This document shows, piece by piece, positions 1 to 9,916 of a stretch of 64,000 nucleotides of DNA; position 1 is the first letter of the stretch, and each line of letters starts with the position of its first letter. The stretch spans positions 1-64,000 of IMG/VR virus record IMGVR_UViG_3300046167_000744; one strand, written 5' to 3'. A model generated the notes under the pieces. That model was not told where the DNA came from. It saw nothing but the letters and a program-made list of their open reading frames with translations, and did no database searches. Position numbers and translations under genes: made by a program. The stretch comes from a virus.

Positions 1-1981
1 TCTTCATAAAGTAACACTCCTGGAAAGCCTGGATAACTGCCTCTTTAGCTCCATCGGCTGAGATACCTTGGAACGGAGTGTTACATCCAACGGTATACTT
101 GCGAAGATATCTAGCTCGGTTACTGACTCGGAATAAGTAGGTGCGTTCAGCTTCGGAGGTAAGCTCATCACCCATAACGTCAGTCTTGAACATCTCTGAG
201 CGCAGGCTGAAATACGTATCCATCTCGGACCATACACGTCTCCACATATCACAGAGCTTCTTGGACTCACCGATACTCATATAGACCTTATAGCCACGAG
301 CGTAATCTACAAAGCTAACGTGACTCAAGCCACCAGCTAAACCAAAGTTGAGGATCTTCGCCAGGGTCCTGAACTTCTTCATGGTCTTATACATCGCATG
401 CTTCTTATCAGCGTATATAGCCTTCGCCTCATCAAAGCTCATATTCGTGTTCTGCTCAATATTGATCATCTGATAACCAGCGTATAGGTGAGGATCGAAG
501 TGCTTATCCTTCCTATACTCTACAGCCAGCATTGACGCAGCGCCCTGAGTATCCCAGTTTTCTTGACCGAGACTACGCATCTCAGCGTTACTGTAATCGT
601 TGATAATGAAGATATGTCCATCAGCAGGGAGGTGATACAATCACGGACAGCGCCACCACGAGGTAGATTCTGCATATTAGGATCACTACTACTAGTGCGA
701 CCTGTGCTGACAAAACCGTTGAGATTGAAGCGGATACGAGCGTCCTGAGATAAGCGTGAGCGTCGTAGGCCCTTAATGAAGGTGTTGATTTCCTTCCATA
801 GTGACTCGCACTCCTGGAACGTGCGGAGCGCATCAGCGAGTAGTGTAAGCTCCTCTTGCTGAGCTTTCTTTAGTGGGACTCTAGTAGTAGGTGTGCGGCC
901 ATGCTCAATACCTTTAGAGATCATACGGAGCAAGTTATCGAGAGGTGCTTTAGCGATGCTGATCTCAGGTTTGTTCTTCTGTAAAGATGCCTCTGTATAG
1001 ATCGAAGGCTCTGTATACTGAAGGATAGAGTAGCAACGGTCAAACACGCACTTGACTCTAGCAGATACAACCTTATGCCCACGCTTATGCTTCTCTACTT
1101 TCTTATAGAATCCGAAGTCACCGATACGAACTAGTATCGCATCATGAGCCTGCATCAAGTGATCGAAAGCAGCTTGGATCTTGGTCTGATCAATCTTAAC
1201 GCCAGTCTTGAAGCTCATATACATAAGGCAGAACTCAGCCACAGCTTGGCGCTGAGCGTCGTCAATGATGGTGCCTTGCGACTTATGATGCCTCATGATA
1301 GGAGCAGATATACGCTCAGCCTTCTTCTGCTGTCTCAGGAATACACCGAGCGCATACTCAGCGTCAGCGATAGCGTAGTCTACAGCAGAGATAGGCCACT
1401 GTTGAATAGGTGTGCCGTGCAACTTATGATAGCTCAGTCGCCATATATCCGCAGCAGGTGAGTTCTTAGTGTTCTTAGCCTGGACCTTCGTAGCGGTCAC
1501 GTCTTTACCGAAGTAGGTATATAGACAACCTGCGAGCGATAGGTAGCTGGTAGGGGACTTTCGTGCCTTTAACTGTTCCACGGATCTCGCCATAGTTATC
1601 GGGACCGCCGACCAGGAGGAGAGCTTCACGGAGCTTAGTGCAGTGCAATCGACCTACACGGTAGGCTCTGAAGATAAGAGCGAATAGAGATGGGTGCATT
1701 ACTGAGCTTGCGATAAAGTCAAACTGAGCGTTGTGAGCGATGATCCAGATAGAGTCGTCCTTAAGAAGCTCTGCGAGATGCACGGCACCGTCTTGAGGAT
1801 CGAGTATATAACCTTTAGATGCTTCACGACGAGGATCATAGAAAGTCATGCATACAACCTGTGGAGCTGTATTGTTCATGATCTTATAAGTCTCAACATC
1901 GAAGCCGATGGGAGTGATGCCTTCAGGCATAGAGTTAGCGTAACTATCAAGTGTGTTACGCATAGTAGGGAAGTTCTGCAT
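1..1981 (-). CDS. polA: Family A DNA polymerase (3'-5' exonuclease + polymerase), runs off the window edge, split by two apparent indels
   Basis: ORF 1505-1981 has Exo I FDVET and Exo II IAHNAQFD. ORF 520-1629 has TGRTSSSDPNMQNLPR. A third frame from ~628 to base 1 reads motif A NDYSNAEMR, motif B RTLAKILNFGLAGG and NTPFQG. Frame breaks at ~1553-1556 (G4) and ~630. Confidence 0.92.
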
Positions 1982-2044
1982 GTTTTACCTCAACGTATTA
2001 TGTTGTGAAGCTAGGTCGGACACCGTGTCTCAACCTCACTATTA

Positions 2045-2072
2045 ACTATAATACCATACGAGATAAAAGCAA
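2045..2072 (-). promoter_or_regulatory. Sigma70-like promoter upstream of polA
   Basis: TTGCTT-16 nt-TATAGT on the minus strand with AT-rich upstream tract; shares ACTTGCTTTTAT and GGTATTATA with the promoter at 57795. Confidence 0.55.
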
Positions 2073-2269
2073 GTATTTATTTTAAATAATGTTCAGGAGG
2101 TTCAACGCCCATAGCAGATAAACACTTGAAACATAACCGAAAATAACCAGGCCGCCGATCTTATCTTTTTTCCTATCGTTCATAAATAAAGTCCTATTCC
2201 AACGGGTAGACAGTGTGCTTTGATGAAGAGGGTTATATACAGCACTCCTACCACTCGTTGCAAGTTTAT

Positions 2270-2691
2270 TTATCGGATCCGCTGATATGGGAATCTCTTA
2301 CGTATAGAATAATAAAAAATACCTCCCCTTACTACCGACACGTTTAAGCACCTCAAAGACTTTAGGTGACACGTTATAATACTGATACTGCCTACCACCT
2401 TTAAAGCCTACACGTAAGACGTTACGGCTGTGACTATATGCTGCGAAGGTGATATTGCTACTAGTAACATACACTACCTCCAGGTCTTTCTTCCCTGATA
2501 TCTCATCCTTGACGAAGAAACGGGACCGAACCTTCTCCATTCTAGCTCTGTCTGCAGGTCGCATACCTGGTGAGTTAGCTGCAGCCTTTATTCATGTGAG
2601 GCTGCATAGTGTTATGCCCTATCTGAACATTACCTCTAGTCCTAGTATTGTTAGCAGTGTGGCCGAAGCCTCTGCGGTCGCCAATGGCCAT
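2270..2691 (-). CDS. KTSC-domain protein (indel-broken)
   Basis: VTSSNITFAAY..LRVGFKGGRQYQYYNVS...SKGRYF. Removing one T from the T6 run near 2315 restores the typical end YYSIRKRFPY. The likely ATG is at 2691. Confidence 0.8.
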
Positions 2692-2692
2692 A

Positions 2693-3508
2693 TCAGCCTC
2701 CTAATAAATAGTTAATAAAGTCTTGTATCCAGTATAGCACAAAGAGGTAGTCGTAAAGATAATATCGGCCTGTCTCGCTTATTATGAAAGGGCCTAATAG
2801 ATAACACCACGCAGCTGCGGATAATATACCTAGTCTCCAGAAGCACCACTTGATCCAATCCCATAGCTTCCTATCTCTAGCTCTCTTCTTTATGAGCTTG
2901 GGACCGCCTAATCTCTTCACTTTATCACTACTAGGTGGAGGCTGTAATGATTCTACTGAATACCCTATAGCGTGAAGCTCGACAGCCTCACGAACGCCTT
3001 TAAACTTATATAGCCCTACGCAGGCATGCATAGCGTCTTTAGTGTCCCTGGTAGCACGAACCTGGGACATAGCGTCTTTGGTGAGCAGCACCTGACCTGC
3101 TCTACATACGCTCATGGTGCGAGCTGCTATATTCTTGCCCACGCCCTCTAGCTCTATCTGCTTAACTCCAGCGATAACATCTAGTTCGTGTTGATGCACC
3201 TCCGCTACAATATCCCAGTGAATACCTATACGGCAGCCTAGCTTGATCTTATCAGGCACCGTCTTCTGATAAGCGAGCGCAAAAGCGACAGCCGCACTAA
3301 CGGAGTCGAAGGATAATAAGAATCCGTCCGACCTGTCTATCTCTCTACCACCGTGCTTATATATCAAGCTACGAGCGAGCCTATCATGGTATTGAAGCCA
3401 CTTGGCCGCCTTTACTCTGCCGACTTTCTGCACAAACCTGGTGCTGCCTATTAAATCTAGTAGCACGATAGCGAGTCTGCGCTCACGGATCTTAGGTTGC
3501 AGCCTCAT
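2693..3508 (-). CDS. Class III adenylate/guanylate cyclase-domain protein with C-terminal TM segment
   Basis: LAIVLLDLIGST (Asp1), IDRSDGFLLSF (Asp2), RIGIH, KNIAAR, GQVLLT, FKGV; hydrophobic C-terminus. Confidence 0.85.
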   Translation of the reverse strand: MRLQPKIRERRLAIVLLDLIGSTRFVQKVGRVKAAKWLQYHDRLARSLIYKHGGREIDRSDGFLLSFDSVSAAVAFALAYQKTVPDKIKLGCRIGIHWDIVAEVHQHELDVIAGVKQIELEGVGKNIAARTMSVCRAGQVLLTKDAMSQVRATRDTKDAMHACVGLYKFKGVREAVELHAIGYSVESLQPPPSSDKVKRLGGPKLIKKRARDRKLWDWIKWCFWRLGILSAAAWCYLLGPFIISETGRYYLYDYLFVLYWIQDFINYLLGG

Positions 3509-3966
3509 TAGTTGTCTCGTGGAGTCCAGGTGTCTATATCTGGATGCAAGATTACAGCGTTAGGATCTTTACTCCGTATAGGCTTCTCGCCCTGGAACAT
3601 ACTCAGCTTATTAATAACGGCGTTCTGTAGCTCAAATATTTGATCGTCCCTTAATTGGTTATTGATCTGACAATCTCTTAGCCTTGCGATTAAGGCTTGT
3701 CTATCCGCATTGGCGGCTGCGAGCTTATCCTTTAGATCATCTAGCTCACTTGGATCTCTACCTGAAGCTATCGCTAGCATATGGGATATAGAGCCTGTGA
3801 GCATACCGATGATCCCTATCAGTATGTCTCTATTCTCATCTACGATCTTGACGTAAGTCAGGAATATGATGAGAGCTACGATGAGGAGCATGAACGTGAC
3901 AGCTGCCCACCATCCACGCTTAGCCTTTTCAGATTGGCTGAACTGCTTCTGTGTTTGACTCATCAC
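3508..3966 (-). CDS. Two-TM membrane protein with C-terminal coiled coil (holin-like or cyclase partner)
   Basis: Two hydrophobic helices around ENRDILIGIIGMLTGS; TAATG coupling to the cyclase gene. Confidence 0.7.
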   Translation of the reverse strand: MMSQTQKQFSQSEKAKRGWWAAVTFMLLIVALIIFLTYVKIVDENRDILIGIIGMLTGSISHMLAIASGRDPSELDDLKDKLAAANADRQALIARLRDCQINNQLRDDQIFELQNAVINKLSMFQGEKPIRSKDPNAVILHPDIDTWTPRDN

Positions 3967-4089
3967 TCAACTCCTATGGCTAGTATTTGGGACACTATAG
4001 GAGTATATCATGCCAAGTGGTTAATATCTAAACCAGTAACATCTCGATACATAGGCACATCTGTAACAGCTCGTCGTAGTAACAATACA

Positions 4090-4332
4090 TTAGGACCGCT
4101 CCTGACTAGTAGTCTTTCGCTTCTCAAGCTCAGTATAGAGAGCCACCAGGTAGCTGCCCATCTCACCAATCCTGGACTGTAGATACTTCTCGTGGCCTGT
4201 CCCTTCGACAGCCTCATAATACCACTCATAGAAAGGCTCTGAGATCCGCTCTACTACGGCTATGTTTATATTTAGGTCTGTGATCTTAAGATCTTTTGGA
4301 TCGCCTAGTATCTCGATATATGATTCACTCAT
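4090..4332 (-). CDS. Hypothetical protein (80 aa)
   Basis: ATG at 4332 overlaps the upstream stop (ATGA); the longer 4461 start is likely spurious. Confidence 0.55.
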   Translation of the reverse strand: MSESYIEILGDPKDLKITDLNINIAVVERISEPFYEWYYEAVEGTGHEKYLQSRIGEMGSYLVALYTELEKRKTTSQERS

Positions 4333-4549
4333 GATATGTATCTCCAGCCTATGGTCCCGACCGCTACGAGCGCTGACGCTATGAGAGCCTCTCGCTTGCC
4401 GTCTACGCCCCAAGTGATAAGAATGAATAGGATAGCATAGCCTAACATTACAGGCCCCCAAACTTGATATAGAATAAGGTTACGGTCGCTAAAGCTATGA
4501 TGGTGCAGCTCAATATTAATAGGTCGTTCATTTTAGTCTCCTTAAACGA

Positions 4550-4588
4550 GAAAACCCCCTCACAACGCTAGGCCATGAGAGGGTCTTC
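4550..4588 (-). terminator. Stem-loop, probable intrinsic terminator after the SSB-like gene
   Basis: GAAGACCCTCTCATGGC-CTAGC-GTTGTGAGGGGGTTTTC followed by TCGTTT. Confidence 0.5.
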
Positions 4589-4652
4589 AAGGAGTCTTAG
4601 CGGCGGAAAGCGGTGCTACTAGGACTCAGTGTAATCTACCGAATGGGTGCGT

Positions 4653-5105
4653 TTAGTCTAAGCTGGTGATCTCCTGATCAACGCTGTAGAAGTCAACGAT
4701 AGTGAAAGGGTTACCCTTGCGAGTAGTAATCTCACGAGCGTTTACTCCGATGTTAAGACCAGCGAGAGGTGACTTACCAGTATCCTCTCTAGGGTCAAAC
4801 GCTTTATCAATCATCTCATCAGTGAGTGACGCATCAGGCACATTCAATGCACGAGAGAGGAACCCACGGATGTTCTTCGCAGCTGTATCAGTGTCTGTCA
4901 TCTGTAACCAAGAGCGCTCAGATCCAACAGGATGATTGCTCAGATCGTCACAGTCAACGATACTCATCTCAACAACAACGAACTCACGACCTTTACGATT
5001 CTCACCCTCTTTGAAATCAATGATTTGGAAGAGGTAGCGTCCAGGTGTTACATACTCTGATTGACGACGTGCTTCGGTGTTCTTAACTTGATCTCTAAAA
5101 CCCAT
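4653..5105 (-). CDS. Putative single-stranded DNA-binding protein (OB-fold, DUF669-like)
   Basis: PGRYLFQIIDFKEGENRKGREFVVVEMSI pattern, acidic tail, AAGGAG RBS, replication-gene context. Confidence 0.6.
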   Translation of the reverse strand: MGFRDQVKNTEARRQSEYVTPGRYLFQIIDFKEGENRKGREFVVVEMSIVDCDDLSNHPVGSERSWLQMTDTDTAAKNIRGFLSRALNVPDASLTDEMIDKAFDPREDTGKSPLAGLNIGVNAREITTRKGNPFTIVDFYSVDQEITSLD

Positions 5106-5212
5106 GATAGGCTCCTTCTTAAAACTTACAGGATTGTTTACCTGCTGTATATCTTATGGTGTTGGGGCGGTCGAACTGACCTAAGAAACTGAATAACCCT
5201 AACCACCTCTAG

Positions 5213-5241
5213 ACTATAACCACCTGGTTCATAGATTACAA
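5213..5241 (-). promoter_or_regulatory. Sigma70-like promoter upstream of the SSB-like gene
   Basis: TTGTAA-17 nt-TATAGT; an IHF-like TCCAAGGACTTA lies upstream at ~5288-5299. Confidence 0.55.
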
Positions 5242-5362
5242 CCCTATTTGTAAACTATTTTACGGTGGATAGAGAAAACCCCATAAATCCAAGGACTTAC
5301 AGGGTCTATTTTATTTCACTTATTATTTTGGAAGGCCTTATCGCTAGCCTTATCGCTAACCT

Positions 5363-6124
5363 TTAGCGGTTCAGGAAGTCTAAAGCTCTCTGAGCTGCGT
5401 TCGTGATTAGCTCCTGCTTTAGCTCTTTAGGCTCTTGATCTACGTCTTCGTCTGCATCCTCTTCGACCTGGACCCCTGCGTTGATCTGAATGCTGCCAGG
5501 ATCAATGCTGTCAAACATCTCATCTAGGTCGTCGCCTTCGATATCATCAGCAGGTGAGCAGAAGTCGTTGATACACTGGTCAAGATGATCTTGGGTGTAG
5601 AATGCGTGAGTTGGGTAGCCGTGCTTCGTGAGTTCCTTAAGTCCAGCTTTAGTGTAGTCTGTCTTGCTCTTCAGATCGTCAATCGTAGGTTTGATTAACT
5701 TTCTAGCTTTAGTAGCGACCGTGATACCCTTGCTGTTGACGGGCCATGCCACGCCAGGAAAGGCTCGCTGTGAGCATAGATCCACTAGCTCAGCTGCCTT
5801 AAGGGATCCTTCTTTACCAGTGTCACGCTCAACTCGTGCGTAGAGTAGGCCGTGTAGGAACTCCTCGATGGTGCAGGTGTTAGGATCAATCTGTAGTGCA
5901 AACTTGAAGATATCTTCAGGCTTACCATTGTGATCCTCATCTGACCACCAGTTGTATCCGTTGAATATACTCATATCTGTCTCCTCTGTAGTTTCGATAA
6001 TATCGTCTTCGCATGATACATCATCTTCACTAGCAACGCTAGTCTCAACTACAGGTAGTGCGGTAGTAACCTCTCCAGCCTTAAGAGCTTTCAAGGCGAT
6101 CCTCGATAACGGTGAGGTTATCAT
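5363..6124 (-). CDS. Hypothetical acidic protein
   Basis: 253-aa ORF in the minus-strand operon; true start may be the internal MSIFNG. Confidence 0.7.
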   Translation of the reverse strand: MITSPLSRIALKALKAGEVTTALPVVETSVASEDDVSCEDDIIETTEETDMSIFNGYNWWSDEDHNGKPEDIFKFALQIDPNTCTIEEFLHGLLYARVERDTGKEGSLKAAELVDLCSQRAFPGVAWPVNSKGITVATKARKLIKPTIDDLKSKTDYTKAGLKELTKHGYPTHAFYTQDHLDQCINDFCSPADDIEGDDLDEMFDSIDPGSIQINAGVQVEEDADEDVDQEPKELKQELITNAAQRALDFLNR

Positions 6125-6617
6125 TTAGGGACTGACCGCAGTTAAGACTCCAGGCCTCTTCGATAAGATCATCAACGGCGGTGATATGCTCATCGCTACC
6201 GTCACCTGAGTCGATAAGCTCGTTAAGAAGCATCACATAGTTTTCACAGGTGAGGTGCTTATACTCTTCAAAGTATTCGTTATAGACCTCCACGTCCCAC
6301 TCTTTAGTAGGTGCGATTATCTCTGCAATCGTCTCGGTTGATGTAGGTGTAGCGACTTCCAAGGGCTTATCGCTGGAATTAGTAGTCTCTACAACATCTA
6401 CAACTGTCTCGATCTCATGATCCACGGAGTCACGCCAATCTGCGAGTAGCTCAGTGTTGACAGCCTTGATGGTGCGTCCGAAGCACTTTTGAAGCTGGCC
6501 CATCTCTACCAAGTAGTTGCTGCGCCACTCGATCTCTGAGTTGAATAGATCCAGGTCTTCGACCATACCGAGCGCTTCTCTAAGAGTGCTAATAGTTTCT
6601 TGCATTTGATTACTCAT
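6081..6617 (-). CDS. Hypothetical acidic protein
   Basis: 178-aa ORF with GAGG RBS directly after the primase gene. Confidence 0.75.
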   Translation of the reverse strand: MSNQMQETISTLREALGMVEDLDLFNSEIEWRSNYLVEMGQLQKCFGRTIKAVNTELLADWRDSVDHEIETVVDVVETTNSSDKPLEVATPTSTETIAEIIAPTKEWDVEVYNEYFEEYKHLTCENYVMLLNELIDSGDGSDEHITAVDDLIEEAWSLNCGQSLNDNLTVIEDRLESS

Positions 6618-6645
6618 ATTTATTACCTCTGATTCTTACTACTGA

Positions 6646-9600
6646 TTACAGGCTAGCTTGGATAGCTTGTGCTTTGTTGATGATATGCTTCGCACATCGA
6701 GCTTTACGAGTTGGCTGATCCTCAGTGATGGACTCATATCGCTCTACGAGATGTCCCTGGTCGTTAGCTGTGAGAAAAGCAAGGGCAGAGTCTAGGGTTA
6801 GCTCTTCAGTGGCTTTAGGGGCCGTCTCAGTGACTACAGGAGCTGCTTTCTTAGGAGCTACTTTCTTAGGAGCTTTACGACGTGGCTCAGGACGCATCTC
6901 AGCGTGAGTTAAACGGTCTTTGAGTTCCTTATTCTCAGCGACGAGGTTAGCCATCATCTCTTTCATATCAGCCATCATCGCTTGCATAGCTGCGATCTGT
7001 GAGCCTTCGTTAGACTTAGCTACATCTCTAGGAGCGTTTAGGACCTCTGCAGTGTGAGTTACTGAGCGTCCCTCTTGCTCTGCTGTCAACTCTCCCTGGA
7101 ACTCGATACAACGGATACCGCCTGGACGCTTCTTAGCCCAGTTACGCTCGCTCAACGCCTCATTGATCTGAAGGTTGCTCTGCACTGAGATCTCATACTC
7201 CTCTTTGAGTTGTTTACGGATAGCGCTGAGAGTAGTGCGAGTTTGACCTTGAGCGACGAGTCGATCCAAGAGGTCGTATACAGACTCAGTTACAGCGTTA
7301 AGGTTAGTATACGCTTTGTTCTTAGTGTTGAGGATATCGACCTCATCAGGTGTGAGGTTCCAGTTGTCTACGAGTTTACCGCAGTAACGGATAGTATGAT
7401 CGAGACGCTCTGCAGGAATACCACGACCTTCAACTGATCGAGCGTGAGCCTCTGCGTAGAGTTGTGGAACTAGGTTTACGAGCGCATCACGGTCCCACTG
7501 ATAAGTCCCTACTTTAGCGTTGCGGTAGTCAGTGTAGAAGTCGATCATGAGGAAGCGACGAGCGCCTGTAGAGTCAGTCAAAGGCTTATATTTGTTGGTG
7601 TTACCAATCATATAAGTAGCTTTCTCAAGGCGTGTCATATTGCGTCCGTATGCTTTACGACCTTCAACAGTGCGTTGAGTGATAAAGTTCTTTACAGTCT
7701 CAGCGTCCTTCTTGCTGAAGGCTGATAGCTCTGGAATCTCGATTACAGTCTTACCAGCGAGAGCCTGGATGATGTCACCTGATCCACGGTTAAGTAGATC
7801 ACTGTTCATCTCAGCGAAGTATTGGGGGCCTACATGATCTACAGCAGCTAGAACAGAAGCCATAAGAGACTTACCGAAGTTCTGATTACCACGCATCAGA
7901 GCCATGTGCTGCGTTGATACAGGGTGACCCTCTACCGCATAGATGTTACGAACGATAGCGAGAAGCATCGCACGACCGATGAACTCATAGTAGTGGAACA
8001 GCTCAGGCTCTACGTCTTTCTTAAGGCCCATGAAGTGACATAGCCAAGCGTTATCACCATCAAGACGGCGACGACCATCCCAAGTTACGGTGCCGAGCCA
8101 CTCTTGAACCGCATCGTGACCGTTCGTGCCAGCGACAAACTCGATAGCTGAGTATAGCTCATCTTTGTTTACGGACGCACCGTAGAACATCTCAAGCTGC
8201 ATCTTGATGTATACGCCGTGACCGTCAGTGAGAGGAAACCAATCGTTCTGCTTAGCTTCAGCTTCAAACTTCTTATTGCCAGGTCTATGGCTGATGTGGA
8301 TATCTGAAGACACCTCAACAGTGTTAGTTCGGTTATTGTAGCGGAGGTTACCTGCTAGTGCAGGGATATACTGCATAAGGATAACGTGGTTAGGTGTATT
8401 CTTAACGAGAGCGCCTTTAGCGGTGCGAGCGAGCTGCGACAGGAGACTACCTTCGTAGAGCCACTTACCTACCAAGCTACCGCCTTCATCAAATACGTGG
8501 CGGTCTTCAGGATCGAGATACTTATCAACGTTACAGATGAAGGTAAGATATCCATCTTCGTCAGCACGGACCCATGCGTTTAATGATCCACCTGATAACC
8601 AATCGAGACGGCACTTGAGTTTGTCACCGTTATCGTCCTGGACAATACCTTGCTCTTTTAGCTCGCTCCAGGCGTTGAAGAGTTCGTCTACAGCAACAGT
8701 AGTCTCTTGGCCGTTATGATCGTAGGTGATGCTCTCGGAACCTGTTAGACGAGCTTTCTCACGCTTTACACGCTTATCATGTCCAGCCGAAGAAGACGTG
8801 TTACCTTTTACACGGTTACGGAATGAGCTGCCTTTACGACTAGTAGTTTTGGACGCAGGAGCGATCTCTACCTGAAGATCAGTGAGTGTGATGCTGCGGT
8901 TCGGATCACAGCGGTCTGACATGATCTCTTTAACGATCTTAGTGTTAGAGCTGTGCTTAGTGTTAGTAGAGTCGATATCACGAGTCACGCCCACGCCTGC
9001 ATCACAACGCTGCTTATCGAAGGTCACGCCTGCATTGTTGCGTCCGATCTCAGTGATGATAGCTTTCTGAGCAACACGGAACTCAGTGCGGTTAGCTTTG
9101 AGTGTTGAGTCACCTGCGAGGATCACGCCTGCATCGGTCCAGCCTTCAGACTCGTCGATGAAGTAGTGCATATGTAGGCCCGTGCCTGTATACGTGATAG
9201 TGTTAGGCTTGCCGATCATCTTGATGAGTTGATCAACGAAGGTTCCGCCTTTAGACTCGCAATAGTCGATAAGATCAGCAGCAGGCTGTGAGGTGAGATA
9301 AGCCTTAACAACATTCGCACGATCACGCTGACGAGCGCTCTCACGTTTGTTGTCGTCCTGGATAGGCTCACTCGTAACGTCAACGATCTGTAGTGGTCGT
9401 CCATCAGAGCTTACGTGGATAGTCTCGATGCCCTGAGCCTGGAACCAAGTCTTAGCGGTGAGTAGCGCCTCGTCAGTGTTGAAGAGGTCGATAAGATCGA
9501 GATCAAAGTAACAGGTCATGCCCTTGATGAGTGTCTTCTTGCTTTGGTTAGAAGTAGGATCAGGGAAGATGCCTTGTGATACGTAGTTGTCCTGGAAGAC

Positions 9601-9720
9601 TGCGCCTGTATCAACGTGATGTGAAGTGACGATGCGACCGCCGAAGAATGCCTTGCCTTGAACACATGCTGGGATTGCTGGAAGGACTTTGATGCTTTGC
9701 GATAATTTTATGTTTGCCAT
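6646..9720 (-). CDS. Primase-helicase fusion (N-terminal AEP/RepB-like primase, C-terminal VapE-like helicase)
   Basis: YFDLDL and YTGTGLHMHY primase motifs; LRYNNRT, WDGRRRL, Walker A GNQNFGKS, VIEIPEL, RKAYGR, LTDSTGARRFL. ATG at 9720 preferred because a promoter lies inside the longer ORF start. Confidence 0.85.
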   Translation of the reverse strand: MANIKLSQSIKVLPAIPACVQGKAFFGGRIVTSHHVDTGAVFQDNYVSQGIFPDPTSNQSKKTLIKGMTCYFDLDLIDLFNTDEALLTAKTWFQAQGIETIHVSSDGRPLQIVDVTSEPIQDDNKRESARQRDRANVVKAYLTSQPAADLIDYCESKGGTFVDQLIKMIGKPNTITYTGTGLHMHYFIDESEGWTDAGVILAGDSTLKANRTEFRVAQKAIITEIGRNNAGVTFDKQRCDAGVGVTRDIDSTNTKHSSNTKIVKEIMSDRCDPNRSITLTDLQVEIAPASKTTSRKGSSFRNRVKGNTSSSAGHDKRVKREKARLTGSESITYDHNGQETTVAVDELFNAWSELKEQGIVQDDNGDKLKCRLDWLSGGSLNAWVRADEDGYLTFICNVDKYLDPEDRHVFDEGGSLVGKWLYEGSLLSQLARTAKGALVKNTPNHVILMQYIPALAGNLRYNNRTNTVEVSSDIHISHRPGNKKFEAEAKQNDWFPLTDGHGVYIKMQLEMFYGASVNKDELYSAIEFVAGTNGHDAVQEWLGTVTWDGRRRLDGDNAWLCHFMGLKKDVEPELFHYYEFIGRAMLLAIVRNIYAVEGHPVSTQHMALMRGNQNFGKSLMASVLAAVDHVGPQYFAEMNSDLLNRGSGDIIQALAGKTVIEIPELSAFSKKDAETVKNFITQRTVEGRKAYGRNMTRLEKATYMIGNTNKYKPLTDSTGARRFLMIDFYTDYRNAKVGTYQWDRDALVNLVPQLYAEAHARSVEGRGIPAERLDHTIRYCGKLVDNWNLTPDEVDILNTKNKAYTNLNAVTESVYDLLDRLVAQGQTRTTLSAIRKQLKEEYEISVQSNLQINEALSERNWAKKRPGGIRCIEFQGELTAEQEGRSVTHTAEVLNAPRDVAKSNEGSQIAAMQAMMADMKEMMANLVAENKELKDRLTHAEMRPEPRRKAPKKVAPKKAAPVVTETAPKATEELTLDSALAFLTANDQGHLVERYESITEDQPTRKARCAKHIINKAQAIQASL

Positions 9721-9776
9721 TGATATGGACTGCTTTCCGCTCTGTCGAGCCGATTGGTTAAAGATTACACTATATA

Positions 9777-9804
9777 AATATAATACCAAGACCGTAGATT
9801 ACAA
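9777..9804 (-). promoter_or_regulatory. Sigma70-like promoter of the primase operon
   Basis: TTGTAA-16 nt-TATATT; GGTATTATATTTATAT is identical to the promoter at 57795. Confidence 0.6.
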
Positions 9805-9916
9805 GGCCTTTTATAAATAAAGTTTTAAGGAACTGCTTAAGTGTATGAAAACTCTAGGGATTTATTTTATTCGGTCCCGAAATGAGTCTCCATGTATTCC
9901 ATAGCGAGCGGTTCGA

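Noticed and set aside
520-1981. polA as a split gene, pseudogene or programmed frameshift
   Set aside because: Similar indels hit many unrelated genes (2315, 21815, 29508, 29557, ~42300-42500), often in homopolymers, so consensus error is the simplest reading. Needs read-level confirmation.
5157-5207. tRNA gene (GTTCGA and terminal CCA)
   Set aside because: Only ~51 nt, with no D or anticodon arm.
5337-5362. Short tandem CCTTATCGCTA x2, and poly-Gln codons at ~26633-26650
   Set aside because: Isolated short duplications with no further copies or evident function.
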